Assembly: GCA_963761305.1 (NCBI GenBank)
Contig: CAVXGK010000001.1
Coordinates: 1,472,001 to 1,536,000 of the forward strand
Reading direction: 5' to 3'
DNA: 64,000 nucleotides
Source of the DNA: an uncultured Gemmatimonadaceae bacterium
GTDB lineage: Bacteria > Gemmatimonadota > Gemmatimonadetes > Gemmatimonadales > Gemmatimonadaceae
The notes below the pieces were generated by a model. That model worked only from the letters and a program-made list of their open reading frames with translations, did no database searches and was not told where the DNA came from. Shown here one piece after another: positions 28,372 through 38,992 of the stretch; the stretch's first letter is position 1; the number at the start of each line of letters is the position of its first letter. The position numbers and the translations under genes are program-made.

Positions 28372-28950
28372 CTAGAACTTCCAGCTTCGCAAGGTTTTTA
28401 GTGTTTCCTCGAGGGCGAGTCGTTGCGCTGTCTGCGTCGACTCGGCGAGCAATCCTTCGTAGGTCGAGATGGCGACTTTGAGCGCGACGGGGTCCTCTTC
28501 GTCGTTCGCCAGGCTCGTGGCGTTGTCGGCCAGCGCGGCGCGCGCCAGTTGATCGGCGGGAAAGCGCCGGCTGACCTCCATCCAGCGATCGACGCGCTTG
28601 CGGAGCGACGATTCGGAAAGCGCCCAGAGGTGCCAAGCGCCGCGGTTGGACGGATCGATTTCCTTGGCGCGAACGGCCAGCTTGGAAACGGCGTCGGGGC
28701 CACGGCCGGCAAGCCAGTACGAGTTGGCGAGGACGACGAGCGCCTGTGCGTCGTCCGGGGAGACAGCGGTGACGTGCTCGTAGAGGGGAATTACAACTTC
28801 GGGCAAGTCGCGATATGGTTCCGCGGCCGACTTGGCGTCGGCGGCGGAGAGACCGCTGGCGAAGGAACGAAGGTCGTCGAGGAGTTGGCCGACGTCGTTC
28901 GAACGGCGATACGCATCGACGTACAGGGCGACGGTTGGTTGATCGGACAT
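28372..28950 (-). CDS. Hypothetical TPR-like helical protein
   Basis: TPR-like segment (PDDAQALVVLANSYWLAG...AKEIDPSNRGAW); coding-like composition. Confidence 0.65.
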   Translation of the reverse strand: MSDQPTVALYVDAYRRSNDVGQLLDDLRSFASGLSAADAKSAAEPYRDLPEVVIPLYEHVTAVSPDDAQALVVLANSYWLAGRGPDAVSKLAVRAKEIDPSNRGAWHLWALSESSLRKRVDRWMEVSRRFPADQLARAALADNATSLANDEEDPVALKVAISTYEGLLAESTQTAQRLALEETLKTLRSWKF

Positions 28951-29393
28951 GGCAAAAAAGCTACGCGAACGGCAAGGCTGGAGCTGGCAATCCCGCCTAT
29001 GTACCGACATTGGCTCGTTTGATGCCTCTTCCGGGGCGGGAGCCGTTCCGAGCGAGGAGCCGGGCCCGTCTGCAACTTTTTACAGGGTTGCGCGAAACCG
29101 GAGAAAAGGCGATACTCTTGGCGTCCGCCGGCACGACCGCGACGAACCCCTGAGTTGAAAGCGATGGGTTGGGTGGGGGGGGTCGGAGGTTGCAGGGCCC
29201 GGGCCGCGCCGTCGCGCCAGCATCGCCGGGATCGCGTGAGGTTCCCCGCGCCCCGTCGGTACCGAGAGTTCAGCCGCGTCGCGGCAAGTGTTTTTCCCGT
29301 CACGCATTTCGCGTTTTTTCGCTCGCCCGTAGCTCGGCGAGCAGTTTTCGGCGAACGCCGAATCAGCATCACCTTTTCTATCGAACCATCAGC

Positions 29394-31205
29394 ATGAGCG
29401 AAAGTCGACGCCCACCTCGTCGTGGCCGTGGTCGCCGTCCGTCTACCGGAACCGGCGCAGAACCCATCGACAATCCGTATCGCGACGAAGTCGAGGCAAG
29501 TAGCGCGACGTTGTCGGTCCCAGATGTCGAATCGCCGCCACCAGCGCGCGAACATTCAGAGCCGCCGCCGCCGACGCCGGCGCCGAGACGTCACGAACGC
29601 GCGACGATGGAGACGGACACACCGTCCACCTCCTCGGCCAACGTTCCTTCGGCTCCGCCGGCCGCCGCTCCAGCGACGCCGTCACAGTACGTCGAGCGCG
29701 AGCGACCTGTCGCCGACAACCCACCGCCCCACTCGAATGGCGAGTCGTCGCAGCCCGCACCGAACGGCGGCGGCTACCCGGCCGGCGGCGGTTGGTCCGG
29801 CGGCGCGGGCGGAGGGGGAGGGGGAGGGGGAGGGGGAAATCAGACAGGCAGCTCGCAACGCGGGTCGTACGAGCCACACGCGCATCGCGACCGCGGTCAG
29901 GATCAAGGTGGCGGCCGTGATGGGGGCGGCGGTGGAGGTGGTGGCAGCTTCCACGATCGGCGCAACGGTGGACGACGTCACCGGCGCGGCAGGGGACGCG
30001 GGCAGCGAGGCGGCGGTCGAGAAAACCAGCCGCAACAACCGCAGCAGCAACAGCAGCACCAGGGCGGTCAGCCGATTCAGATCGTCGCGACCGCCGAGGC
30101 GCGCGGATGGTTCGAGCCCGCGCGCGACGCAGGATTCATCCGCCGCGCGGGCAACAGCTACCTCGCGGAAGCCGGCGACGCCTACGTCCCGCCGCACGTC
30201 GTTCGACAATTCCAACTTCGGAAAGCCGATCTCGTCGACGCGACGACCGGCCTGGATCAGCGCGGGCGTTCCACGGTGGTCGAAGTCCGCACGATCAACG
30301 ACATCGATCCGGCGGTTGCGTCAAAGCGGCCGGAGTTCAATTCGCTCACCGCGTCGTATCCCGAGCGCAAGCTGTTCATGGAGACGGGCCGTCCCGCCAA
30401 AGCCGGCGCGGAGCTCATTCGCCGCTCGATCGATCTCATCGCGCCGATCGGCTACGGCCAACGCGCGCTGATCGTGGCGCCGGCACGCGCGGGTAAGACG
30501 ACGCTCCTCCACGGCATCACGGAAGGCGTCGCGGTCAATCACCCGAACGCGGCGCTGCTCATCCTCCTCGTCGACGAGCGTCCCGAGGAAGTGAGCGAAG
30601 CGATTTCGTGGGGCGTGGGTGAGGTCATCTCGTCGAGCTTCGACCAGCCCGCGCAGCGGCACGTCGAAGTCACCGAGATGGTGCTCAATCGCGCGCACCG
30701 TCTGGTGGAATCCGGCAAGGACGTCGTGATCGTGCTCGATTCGCTCACGCGCATGGCGCGCGCGCACAATACGGCCGAGCGAGGCACGGGCCGCACGTTG
30801 TCCGGAGGGTTGGACGCCACGGCGATGGCCAAGCCGAAGGCCTTCTTCGGATCGGCCCGCTCGATTCCGGACAGCTCCGGCGGCGGCTCGCTCACGATCA
30901 TCGCCACGGCGCTGGTCGAGACGGGCTCGCGGATGGACGACGTGATCTTCGAGGAGTTCAAGGGCACCGGCAACTGCGAGATCAAGCTCGATCGCGGGCT
31001 GGCCGAGAAGCGTATCTATCCGGCGATCGACATCGGAACGAGCGGGACGCGGCGGGAGGAAAAGCTCTTCCGTCCGGACCAGATCGACAGCGTGTTCACG
31101 CTGCGCCGGGGCTTGAGCCAGATGCCGCCGCAATCGGCGATGGAGTGGCTGATCAAGCGCATCGCGGCGACTCCGAGCAACGACGCGCTGCTGGCGGGGT
31201 TGTAG
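29394..31205 (+). CDS. rho: Transcription termination factor Rho with long low-complexity N-terminal extension
   Basis: PIGYGQRALIVAPARAGKT, LVDERPEEV, DSLTRMARA, ETGSRMDDVIFEEFKGTGN, SGTRREE. Confidence 0.96.
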   Translation: MSESRRPPRRGRGRRPSTGTGAEPIDNPYRDEVEASSATLSVPDVESPPPAREHSEPPPPTPAPRRHERATMETDTPSTSSANVPSAPPAAAPATPSQYVERERPVADNPPPHSNGESSQPAPNGGGYPAGGGWSGGAGGGGGGGGGGNQTGSSQRGSYEPHAHRDRGQDQGGGRDGGGGGGGGSFHDRRNGGRRHRRGRGRGQRGGGRENQPQQPQQQQQHQGGQPIQIVATAEARGWFEPARDAGFIRRAGNSYLAEAGDAYVPPHVVRQFQLRKADLVDATTGLDQRGRSTVVEVRTINDIDPAVASKRPEFNSLTASYPERKLFMETGRPAKAGAELIRRSIDLIAPIGYGQRALIVAPARAGKTTLLHGITEGVAVNHPNAALLILLVDERPEEVSEAISWGVGEVISSSFDQPAQRHVEVTEMVLNRAHRLVESGKDVVIVLDSLTRMARAHNTAERGTGRTLSGGLDATAMAKPKAFFGSARSIPDSSGGGSLTIIATALVETGSRMDDVIFEEFKGTGNCEIKLDRGLAEKRIYPAIDIGTSGTRREEKLFRPDQIDSVFTLRRGLSQMPPQSAMEWLIKRIAATPSNDALLAGL

Positions 31206-31340
31206 GCGGGTGAACGTGGACGGGTGGACGGGTGGACAGGAAAAACTGCTTTACTGACGGCTGACCCTGACATCTGACGGTCTGACGCCCGCCGTCTACC
31301 CGTCCACCGTGTACCCGTCTACCCGATTACCCGTCCACCC
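31206..31340. repeat. Inverted pair of 8-bp repeat arrays (ACGGGTGG / CCCGTC[C/T]A) enclosing CTGAC-core heptamer-like repeats
   Basis: Left arm 31206-31240, right arm 31291-31340, internal ctgacgg/ctgaccc units about 31254-31288. Confidence 0.7.
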
Positions 31341-31347
31341 GACGACC

Positions 31348-31382
31348 AGACCGGGCGCGGCTGTAGGCCGCGCCCGGTCTTT
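31348..31382 (+). terminator. Intrinsic terminator-like hairpin downstream of rho
   Basis: 14-bp perfect stem AGACCGGGCGCGGC/GCCGCGCCCGGTCT, 5-nt loop, short T tail. Confidence 0.65.
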
Positions 31383-31399
31383 GCTCCATAGACGGCGTC

Positions 31400-33664
31400 A
31401 TGCGCCGCCGATCGCTTCTCCCCGACCCGGTGCGTACGGCGATGGTTCTGGCGCTCGCGCTGGCACCACACGCCGGGAACGCACAGGCCAAACGTGCGCC
31501 CACCCCGTCGCGTGAACCCCCGCCGGAGATCCGCAGGCTGACGATCACCGGGGTCACGCACGTGGACGTGGCTGACCTCGAGCAGAGCATCGCGACGCAG
31601 CCCACGTCGTGCATCAGCATCCTGCTCGCGCCGATCTGCGCGTTCAGCCACTCGCCGACGGTGCAGAACCGGTCCTATCTCGACGAGACCGAGTTCCAGC
31701 GCGACGTGCTGCGCATCCGGCTGTACCTGTGGCTGCGCGGCTTTCGCGAGGCGACGGTCGACACGAGCGTCGTCAAGACGGGACCGCGGCAGGCGCACGT
31801 CACGTTCGCGGTGCACGAGAACGCGCCGACGATCATTCACTCGCTGTCGATCACGGCCGATTCGAATCTCGTGAACGGCCGCTCGCGGCGGCGCATCTTC
31901 GGCATGCTCCACGAAGGCGAGCCGCTCGACCTCATGCAGCTCGACTCGATCCGCGGGGCGCTGCAGCGCGTCGCGTGGAACGGCGGCCACAGCGACGCCG
32001 TCGTCGACACGTCGGTCGTCGTCGACGACTCGACGCGGCTCGCCGACGTGACGGTCACGCTGGCGCCCCACGCTGTGACGACGATCGGCGCGATCACCGT
32101 CAAGGGCACGAATCGCGTGAACCCGGTCGTCGTGCTGCACGCGCTCGCGTTCAAGCCGGGCGACCTCTATCGGCAGACGACGCTGCTCGAGAGCGAGCGC
32201 AATCTGTACGAATCGAATCTCTTCCGGCTCGCGCAGATCCAGGTGCCGAAGCAGCCGGACAGCGTGAAGAAGGTCACCGTCGACGTGACTGAGGCGCCGC
32301 TGCACGAGGTGCGCGCCGGACCGGGTCTCGACAACGTGGACTTCGCGCAGTTCACGGCGAATTACACGAGCTACAACCTGTTCGGCGGCGCGCGCCGGCT
32401 CGACATCAACACGACGGCCGGCAACCTGTTCGCGCCGACGCTCTCCGGGCACGGGATCTTCCGCGACGTCGCCGCGTTCGTGCCGGACAGCAGCGCCGTC
32501 TCGCCGTTTCTCCAGCCGACGTTCAACGCGAGCATCGATCTCAAACAACCCTCGTTTCTCCAGCGGTCGAGCAACACGGCGGCAGTCGGCGTGTTCACGC
32601 ACCGCTCGATCAATCCGGGCGTGTTCATCGACCGCGGGTACGGCAGTGAGGCGACGCTCACCAACGAAGTCGCCATCCGCGCACCGGTGAGCCTGAACTA
32701 CCGCTACGAGATCAACCGGATCGAAGCGAGCGACGTGTACTTCTGCGTGAACTTCGGCGTCTGCGATCCGCTCACCATCAGCACGCTGCGGTCGCACCAG
32801 TCGCTGTCGCCGATCGCGCTCTCGGCGCAGGTCGACCGCTCGAACGTTCCGCTCTCGCCAACGCGCGGGTACGTGGCGCGGATCGACTTCGAGCACGCGT
32901 CGGAGTACACCGGGTCCGACTATCGGTACAACCGCGCGTTTCTCGACGCGGCGCTGTACTCCGGCCGCCGCCGCACGCGGCACGTGCTCTCGGCGCACTT
33001 GCGCGCCGGATGGGCCAAGGCGCTCGAGTCGGGAGACGTGGGCGGCGTGCTGCACCCTCGCAAGCGCTTCTACGCCGGCGGTGCCAGCTCGGTGCGCGGC
33101 TACGGCGAGAACGAGCTCGGTCCGCGCATCCTCACGATCGACGCGTCGACGCTCGTCGCGAACGCGGCCAGCATCGGCGGCGGCACGTGCGGGCGCACCA
33201 TCCAAACGATCGTCTTCTGCGATCCGAACAACGCCAAGCTGTCGCGGGCCGACTTCATTCCGCAGCCGCTCGGCGGCGTCACGCTGCTCGAGGGAAGCGT
33301 CGAGTATCGCTTTCCTGTGCCGGGCGGCCAGTGGGCGAACGATATCACGGGCGCGCTCTTTCTCGACGCGGCGACCGTTGGCCACGCCGACATCGGCGGC
33401 ATCCCGTCGATCGGCAATCGGGTGAATGGGACGGGGGCCGTGACGCCGGGCTTCGGCTTTCGCTACCAATCGCCGGTCGGTCCGATACGGCTCGACCTCG
33501 GCCTCAATCCCAACCGCGCGGAAGATCTCGCGGTCGTGACCGCGGTGCCCGACGCCACGGGACAGATGCGCATCGTGCCGCTGCCCAGGACGCGCAATTT
33601 CTCGCAGGCGTCGAATTTCCTGGGACGGTTCGTCTTTCACCTCTCGATCGGCGAGGCGTATTGA
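31400..33664 (+). CDS. BamA/TamA family outer-membrane protein (POTRA domains plus Omp85 barrel)
   Basis: Signal peptide; RFYAGGASSVRGY, GFGFRYQSPVGPIRLD, C-terminal SIGEAY. Confidence 0.9.
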   Translation: MRRRSLLPDPVRTAMVLALALAPHAGNAQAKRAPTPSREPPPEIRRLTITGVTHVDVADLEQSIATQPTSCISILLAPICAFSHSPTVQNRSYLDETEFQRDVLRIRLYLWLRGFREATVDTSVVKTGPRQAHVTFAVHENAPTIIHSLSITADSNLVNGRSRRRIFGMLHEGEPLDLMQLDSIRGALQRVAWNGGHSDAVVDTSVVVDDSTRLADVTVTLAPHAVTTIGAITVKGTNRVNPVVVLHALAFKPGDLYRQTTLLESERNLYESNLFRLAQIQVPKQPDSVKKVTVDVTEAPLHEVRAGPGLDNVDFAQFTANYTSYNLFGGARRLDINTTAGNLFAPTLSGHGIFRDVAAFVPDSSAVSPFLQPTFNASIDLKQPSFLQRSSNTAAVGVFTHRSINPGVFIDRGYGSEATLTNEVAIRAPVSLNYRYEINRIEASDVYFCVNFGVCDPLTISTLRSHQSLSPIALSAQVDRSNVPLSPTRGYVARIDFEHASEYTGSDYRYNRAFLDAALYSGRRRTRHVLSAHLRAGWAKALESGDVGGVLHPRKRFYAGGASSVRGYGENELGPRILTIDASTLVANAASIGGGTCGRTIQTIVFCDPNNAKLSRADFIPQPLGGVTLLEGSVEYRFPVPGGQWANDITGALFLDAATVGHADIGGIPSIGNRVNGTGAVTPGFGFRYQSPVGPIRLDLGLNPNRAEDLAVVTAVPDATGQMRIVPLPRTRNFSQASNFLGRFVFHLSIGEAY

Positions 33665-36600
33665 TGGGCCGCCTCGCGAAATGGCTGACCGTTCTCGTCG
33701 CGTTCGTCGTGGCGGTGATCGTCGTCGACGTCGGCGTGCTCTGGGTCCTCACGAAAACGGACTGGGGTCACGAGCGGGTCCGCAGCGTCGCGGTCAGCGG
33801 TCTCGAAAAAGTGGTGCACGGCCGCGCGTCTATCGCCAAAGTGTCTGGCGGAATGCTGAGCAACATCACGCTGCAGAACGTGGTGATCACCGACAGCGCG
33901 GGCGCGCCGTTCGTCTCCGTCGACTCGATCACCACGAGCTACTCGATCTCCGATCTCTTCCACAAACGCATCCTGCTCGAGCACGCGGTGTTCGTGCGTC
34001 CGTACGTCGTGCTCGACAGGGCGCCGAACGGCGTGTGGAATTGGCAGCGCGTCCTTCCCTGGCTGGTCGACACGTCGAAGGTGAAGCCGCCGCCGTCCAC
34101 GGAAGCGCAGTGGGGCAACTGGATTCGCATGACCGACGGGCGGATCGTGAACGGCCGCCTCCTCATGCTCGGGCCCTGGGCGCCGGCGCCGAACCTGAGC
34201 CGCGCCGCCGCCGACAGCGCCACGCGCGACGCGTTGAGCGGCAATTCCCGAGTGTTCGTCGAGCGCGGCCCAACCGGTTTGCGCCGGCGAATCGCGATCG
34301 ACTCGATCACGGGAAAGATTCCGCTGCTTCGCCTCAGCCAGCCCGGGCAGCCGTCGAGCGTGGTCGAAGTGGCGTCGCTGGCGATGAACGCCTATTTCCT
34401 CCGTCCGCCCGCGGGAAGATTCCGCGACTTGCGCGGCACGTTCGCCTTCAGCGGCGACTCGATCTGGTGGGCGAGCGCGACGACGAGCTTTCCGCGAGGC
34501 ACGAAAGCGTCCGGCAGCGGCAGCTTCGTGTTCGGCTCCGGCAACATGACGCTCACGCTGCACGGCGACCCCGTCGTCTTCGACGACGTGCGATGGGCGT
34601 ACATGGCGCTGCCGCCCGACGCGCGCGGAAAACTCGACTTCGGGCTGCGGTGGCGGGGGCTGACGCAGGACTACGCGGTATCGGGCGCCGACGTCACGCT
34701 CCGTCAAGCTCGGGCGTTGGGTTCGTTCGGCATCACGTTCGACGATTCCGTCACGATACACGACACCGACCTCCGCTTCTCCGGCGTCGACACGCACGTG
34801 TTGTCGGACATCATCCCCGGCCTCAAGCTGCCGCGGACCGGCGTGTTCGCCGGGCGCGCGACAGTCCGCGGCGGCCGGCGCTCGATGAACGTGAAAGGCA
34901 ACATCTCGTTCGACGACCGCAGCGCCGGCATGAGCCGCTTCGTCGCCGAGGGACAGATCGGGGTTCTCGACCGCAACGTGGTCCGGGTGCGCGGCCTCCG
35001 CGTACAGATGCTGCCGCTGCAGGTCGCGATGCTTCGCACGTGGCGTCACGAGCCTGCCGATCGGTGGCACGGTCACGGGCACGACGACCATCAACGGCAC
35101 GACCGCCACGCAGTTCGCGCTGACGATGGACATCACGCACCGCGACGCGGCCGAGACGTCGGAGATCGCCGGCTCGGCGACGCTGCACGCGACCGGCCCG
35201 ACGCAGGTCGACGCCGACGTCGTCGCGTTTCCGATCTCGCTCGTGGAGGTCGGCCGTTTTTTTCCGTCGGCGGGTCTGCGTGGAACGGCCACCGGACCGA
35301 TTCACGCGCATGGCTTCTTGAACAATCTCAAAATCGACACTGACCTGCGGGTTCCGGACAGCGGCCGCGTCGTGGCGAAGGGAACGTTCGACGTAGCCGA
35401 CACGGCAAAGGGCTACGACGTCACGGCGACGCTCTCACGGCTGGACCTGCACTCGATCGTCACCAAGGCGCCGGTCACCTCGTTGACGGCCAAGCTGGCC
35501 GCTGTCGGCCGCGGAACGGATCCGGCCACGCTCTCGTCGAAAGTCGCCGCCGACTTCTCGACGTCGCACGTGATCGAGGGCGTGGACTCGATCTCGCTCG
35601 ACACGCTCTCCATTCGCGCGACCGCGGCGGACGGTGACGTACACGTCCAGAAGTTGTTCGCCGGCGGTGCGCAGACGCGGGCCACGGTCGCCGGCTCGTT
35701 CGGTCTCGTCGCCAAACACGTCGACTCGCTCACCTACGCGATCGTCGTCGATTCACTCGGCGCGTTGAATCGTTGGCTGCCGAAGTCCACCGACTCGACC
35801 GCCGTGAAGGCGCGGCCCGCGGTCGTCAGGCGGATCATGGCCAACGCGCGAGCCGACTCGGCGCGGACGGCAAAGCGCACCGAGATGGAGCGCTTGGTCC
35901 ACCGGCAGCCGGCGCCCAAACTGGTCGTGATCACACCGCAGCCGGTGCCGCGCGATACGATGTCGGGCCGGCTCTTTCTCGTCGGCACGCTGAGCGGCAA
36001 CATCGACCAGTTCGACCTGCGCGGCCGAGCCGAAGGCGACAGCATCATCGCGCGCGGCAACACGGTGCAACGCGTCGTGAGCTCGTACGCCTGGCGCGGC
36101 GGGCGGGCGACGCCGTCGGTGTTCGCGTTCGCGGCCGACGCCGACCGCGTGAGCGCGCTCGGATTCGCATTCGACACGGCCACGGCTCGACTCACGTACG
36201 CGGCCCCGGGACCCGAGGACGACGGCGGCCGCGGACACGTCGAACTGTCGGTCATCCAGCGCGACACCGCCGACCGCCGCGTGTACGAGGCGAAGGGCGA
36301 CTATTCGCTGCACCCCGACCGACGCGTGCTGCGCATCGCCGAGCTGTCACTGCAGTTCGATTCGGCGCTGTGGGCAATGCCGCACGCCGACACGGTGACG
36401 TGGGGCAAAGCCGGCGTGCAGTTCGCCAACTTCGAGCTGCGCAATCGCAGCGGTCGCGGGGCCGGCGGTCGCATTCGCGTGCGAGGCGAAATCACGGCGC
36501 GAGGATCGGACGGCGAGCTGGCGATCGACGTCGACAGCTTGCCGGTGACCGACGTCGTGAACCTGTTGCAGTCCGACGTGGTCGCCACCGGCGAGTTCTC

Positions 36601-38299
36601 GCTCCACGGCACGGTCCGCGGAACCATGAGCAGCCCGACGTTCTCCAGTCGGTTCGAGCTGACCGACGCCGAGTTCAACGCGGCACCGTTTCCGGGTGTG
36701 CGAGGGCGGGCCACGTACGCCGACCAGCGGCTCGTCGCGCACGCGGACGCGTTCCACGGCACCGGCGAACCGTTGATGACGCTCGACGCTCGGCTCCCGC
36801 TCAACCTGGCGTTCACCGACGTGAAGGGCGATCGCATGTTGAACGAGCCGATGTCGATCGACGTCGTCGGAGACAGCCTGCCGATCGATCTCATCCCGGA
36901 CGTGACGAGCCTCGTGAGCGACGTGCACGGCCGAGCGGCCGGCAAGCTCGCTGTTCGCGGCACCATCGAGCATCCGACGTTGAGCGGATTGGTCACGGTG
37001 GACCACGCCACGACGACCATCGTCTACACCGGCGCGACGGTCGAGAACATCACGGGATCGATTCGCATGGCCGGCGACAGCGTCTACATCGACTCGCTCA
37101 TCGGCAACGCGGTCGGGCCTGTGCGGCTTCAGGGATCGCTCGGCTTCGCCAAGTGGAGCGAGCCGTCGTTCGACCTGGCGCTGAAGTCCGACGCAGCGCG
37201 CCTGGTCAACAACGACGTCGGCGACCTGCGCGTGGACACCGACCTCACGCTCAAGGGTCCGTTCAAGGGCGCGACCGTCGGCGGCGACATCACGCTCGCG
37301 CGCGGCGTGGTGCGCGCCCCGGAGGGGAGTCAGCAAACGCTGGTCGGTCCGGGCGACCCGGGTCTGTTCAATGTGATCGACACGACGAGCGAGCTGGCGC
37401 GCCGCCTTTTTCCTCCGCAATCGCCCTTGCTGGAGCATCTCAAGATCAACGTCGCCGCGCGGGTCAATCCCAACACGTGGGTGCGCAATCGCGCCGCGAA
37501 CATCGAGATCTACACCGTAGAGCCGGTGTACATCACCGATTCGAGCCAGACGCTGATGGTCCGCGGCGTGATCTACACCGACCGCGGCGATTACACGCTG
37601 CTCACCAAGCGATTTCAGATCAGCCGCGGTTCGGCGACGTTCGTCGACGGTCCGGACCTGAATCCGACGCTGCAGATCACGGGCGAGTACCAGGTGAACG
37701 TGGCGACGCGCGGCACGGTGAACATTCAGGTTCAGGTCGGCGGCACGCTCAAGAACCCCAACGTGTCGCTGGAGAGCGACGCTCAGCCGCCGCGATCGCA
37801 GTCGGATTTGTTGACGCTGATCGCGTTCGGCCAGTCGACGTCGTCACTCATCGCGACGAGCGGTTCGAGCGTCGTCGCGACGGGCGCGTCGGACGTCGTC
37901 GGGTCGGGGACGCAGTTCGTGACGTGGCGCCTGGCGACCATCGCGACCGGCGTGCTCGCGGAGCAAGCGGAGTTTCAGGCGGCGCGTTCGCTCAACGCCG
38001 ACGTGTTCAGAATCACGCCGGCAGACACGCCCATCGAGGCCGGAGCCGGCGGCTTGTATGGGTTCCTCACGCAAACAAAGATCGAAGCGGGCAAGTACAT
38101 CACCCCGCGGACGTTCGTGGCGCTTCAGGAGCAGGCGCGAAACATCGGCGCCTCGATCGAACGTCGCACGCTGGACGGATGGCGGATCACGGCGACGTTC
38201 GAGCCGCAGGTCGTCTTGCTCGAGCCGCAGTTGAATTCGCAGCCCATTCGCGGGATTCGGTCGATCGGCGGATTCGTGATTCGGGATTGGCGGTTCTGA
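33664..38299 (+). CDS. TamB / DUF490 translocation-assembly module protein; apparent frameshift near 35044
   Basis: N-terminal TM anchor; beta-taco repeats; C-terminal GDYTLLTKRFQISRG...LNPTL...VGGTLKNP..SLES; frames 33664-~35043 and ~35045-38299 join seamlessly (RTW|VTSLPIGGTVTG). Confidence 0.82.
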
Positions 38300-38304
38300 G
38301 CGGG

Positions 38305-38496
38305 CCGGTGGACCGGTGGACCGGTGGACCGGTGGACCGGTGGACCGGTGGACCGGTGGACCGGTGGACCGGTGGACCGGTGGACCGGTGGACCGGTGGA
38401 CCGGTGGACCGGTGGACCGGTGGACCGGTGGACCGGTGGACCGGTGGACCGGTGGACCGGTGGACCGGTGGACCGGTGGACCGGTGGACCGGTGGA
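38305..38496 (+). repeat. Perfect 8-bp tandem repeat (CCGGTGGA)24
   Basis: 192 bp read directly; starts 6 bp after the tamB stop. Confidence 0.97.
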
Positions 38497-38580
38497 CCGC
38501 ACTGCGAGGATGCGACAAAACGGTACGCCTGGAAAGGATATGGTGGTGGAATTTCTGCGTGACCGCGCAACCGTTCCGCC

Positions 38581-38945
38581 ATGCGAAATCCTGCGGATCT
38601 TCGAGTTATTGCGGAGGCGCGAGAGGTGGCGATCGCCACCTACTCGGCGACGGCGCGATTCCCCAACGCCGAGCGATTTGGGTTGACGTCGCAAATGCGG
38701 CGGGCGGCGGTCTCGATCGGGTCCAACGTCGTCGAGGGCTGCCACCGCGCAGGCAACCGTGCGTTTGTGGTGTTTCTCTACAACGCGCTCGGTTCTGCCG
38801 CCGAGCTTCAGTTTCAGATTGAGCTAGCGCTAGAGCTCAGCTTTGGCGACCGCGGTGGGCTCGAGTCGCTGCATGGCCGCGCGCCACGGATTGTAAGAAG
38901 ATGCTTTCTCGACTCATCGCGAGCCTTCGCCGCCGCGACGAATAG
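38581..38945 (+). CDS. Four-helix-bundle protein (23S rRNA IVP / Avd-like); apparent frameshift near 38882
   Basis: FP..ERFGLTSQMRRAAVSIGSNVVEG...ALGSAAELQFQ; typical last helix (KKMLSRLIASLRRRDE*) lies in a shifted frame ending 38945. Confidence 0.85.
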
Positions 38946-38960
38946 CTAGATCCCTTCGCC

Positions 38961-38991
38961 GTCCACCGGTCTACCGGTCCACCGGTCCACC
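38961..38991 (-). repeat. Inverted copy of the 8-bp array (TCCACCGG, about 4 units)
   Basis: gtccaccggtctaccggtccaccggtccacc. Confidence 0.88.
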
Positions 38992-38992
38992 T

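Noticed and set aside
31319..33640. Long antisense or alternate-frame ORFs (also 45665-47479, 35773-38562, 57358-58635)
   Set aside because: Shadow ORFs typical of high-GC codon bias, overlapping well-supported genes and lacking motifs.
38316..38822. ORFs encoding (DRWTGGPV)n / (HRSTGPPV)n repeats
   Set aside because: They are translations of the stop-free 8-bp DNA array in every frame; no independent evidence of coding.
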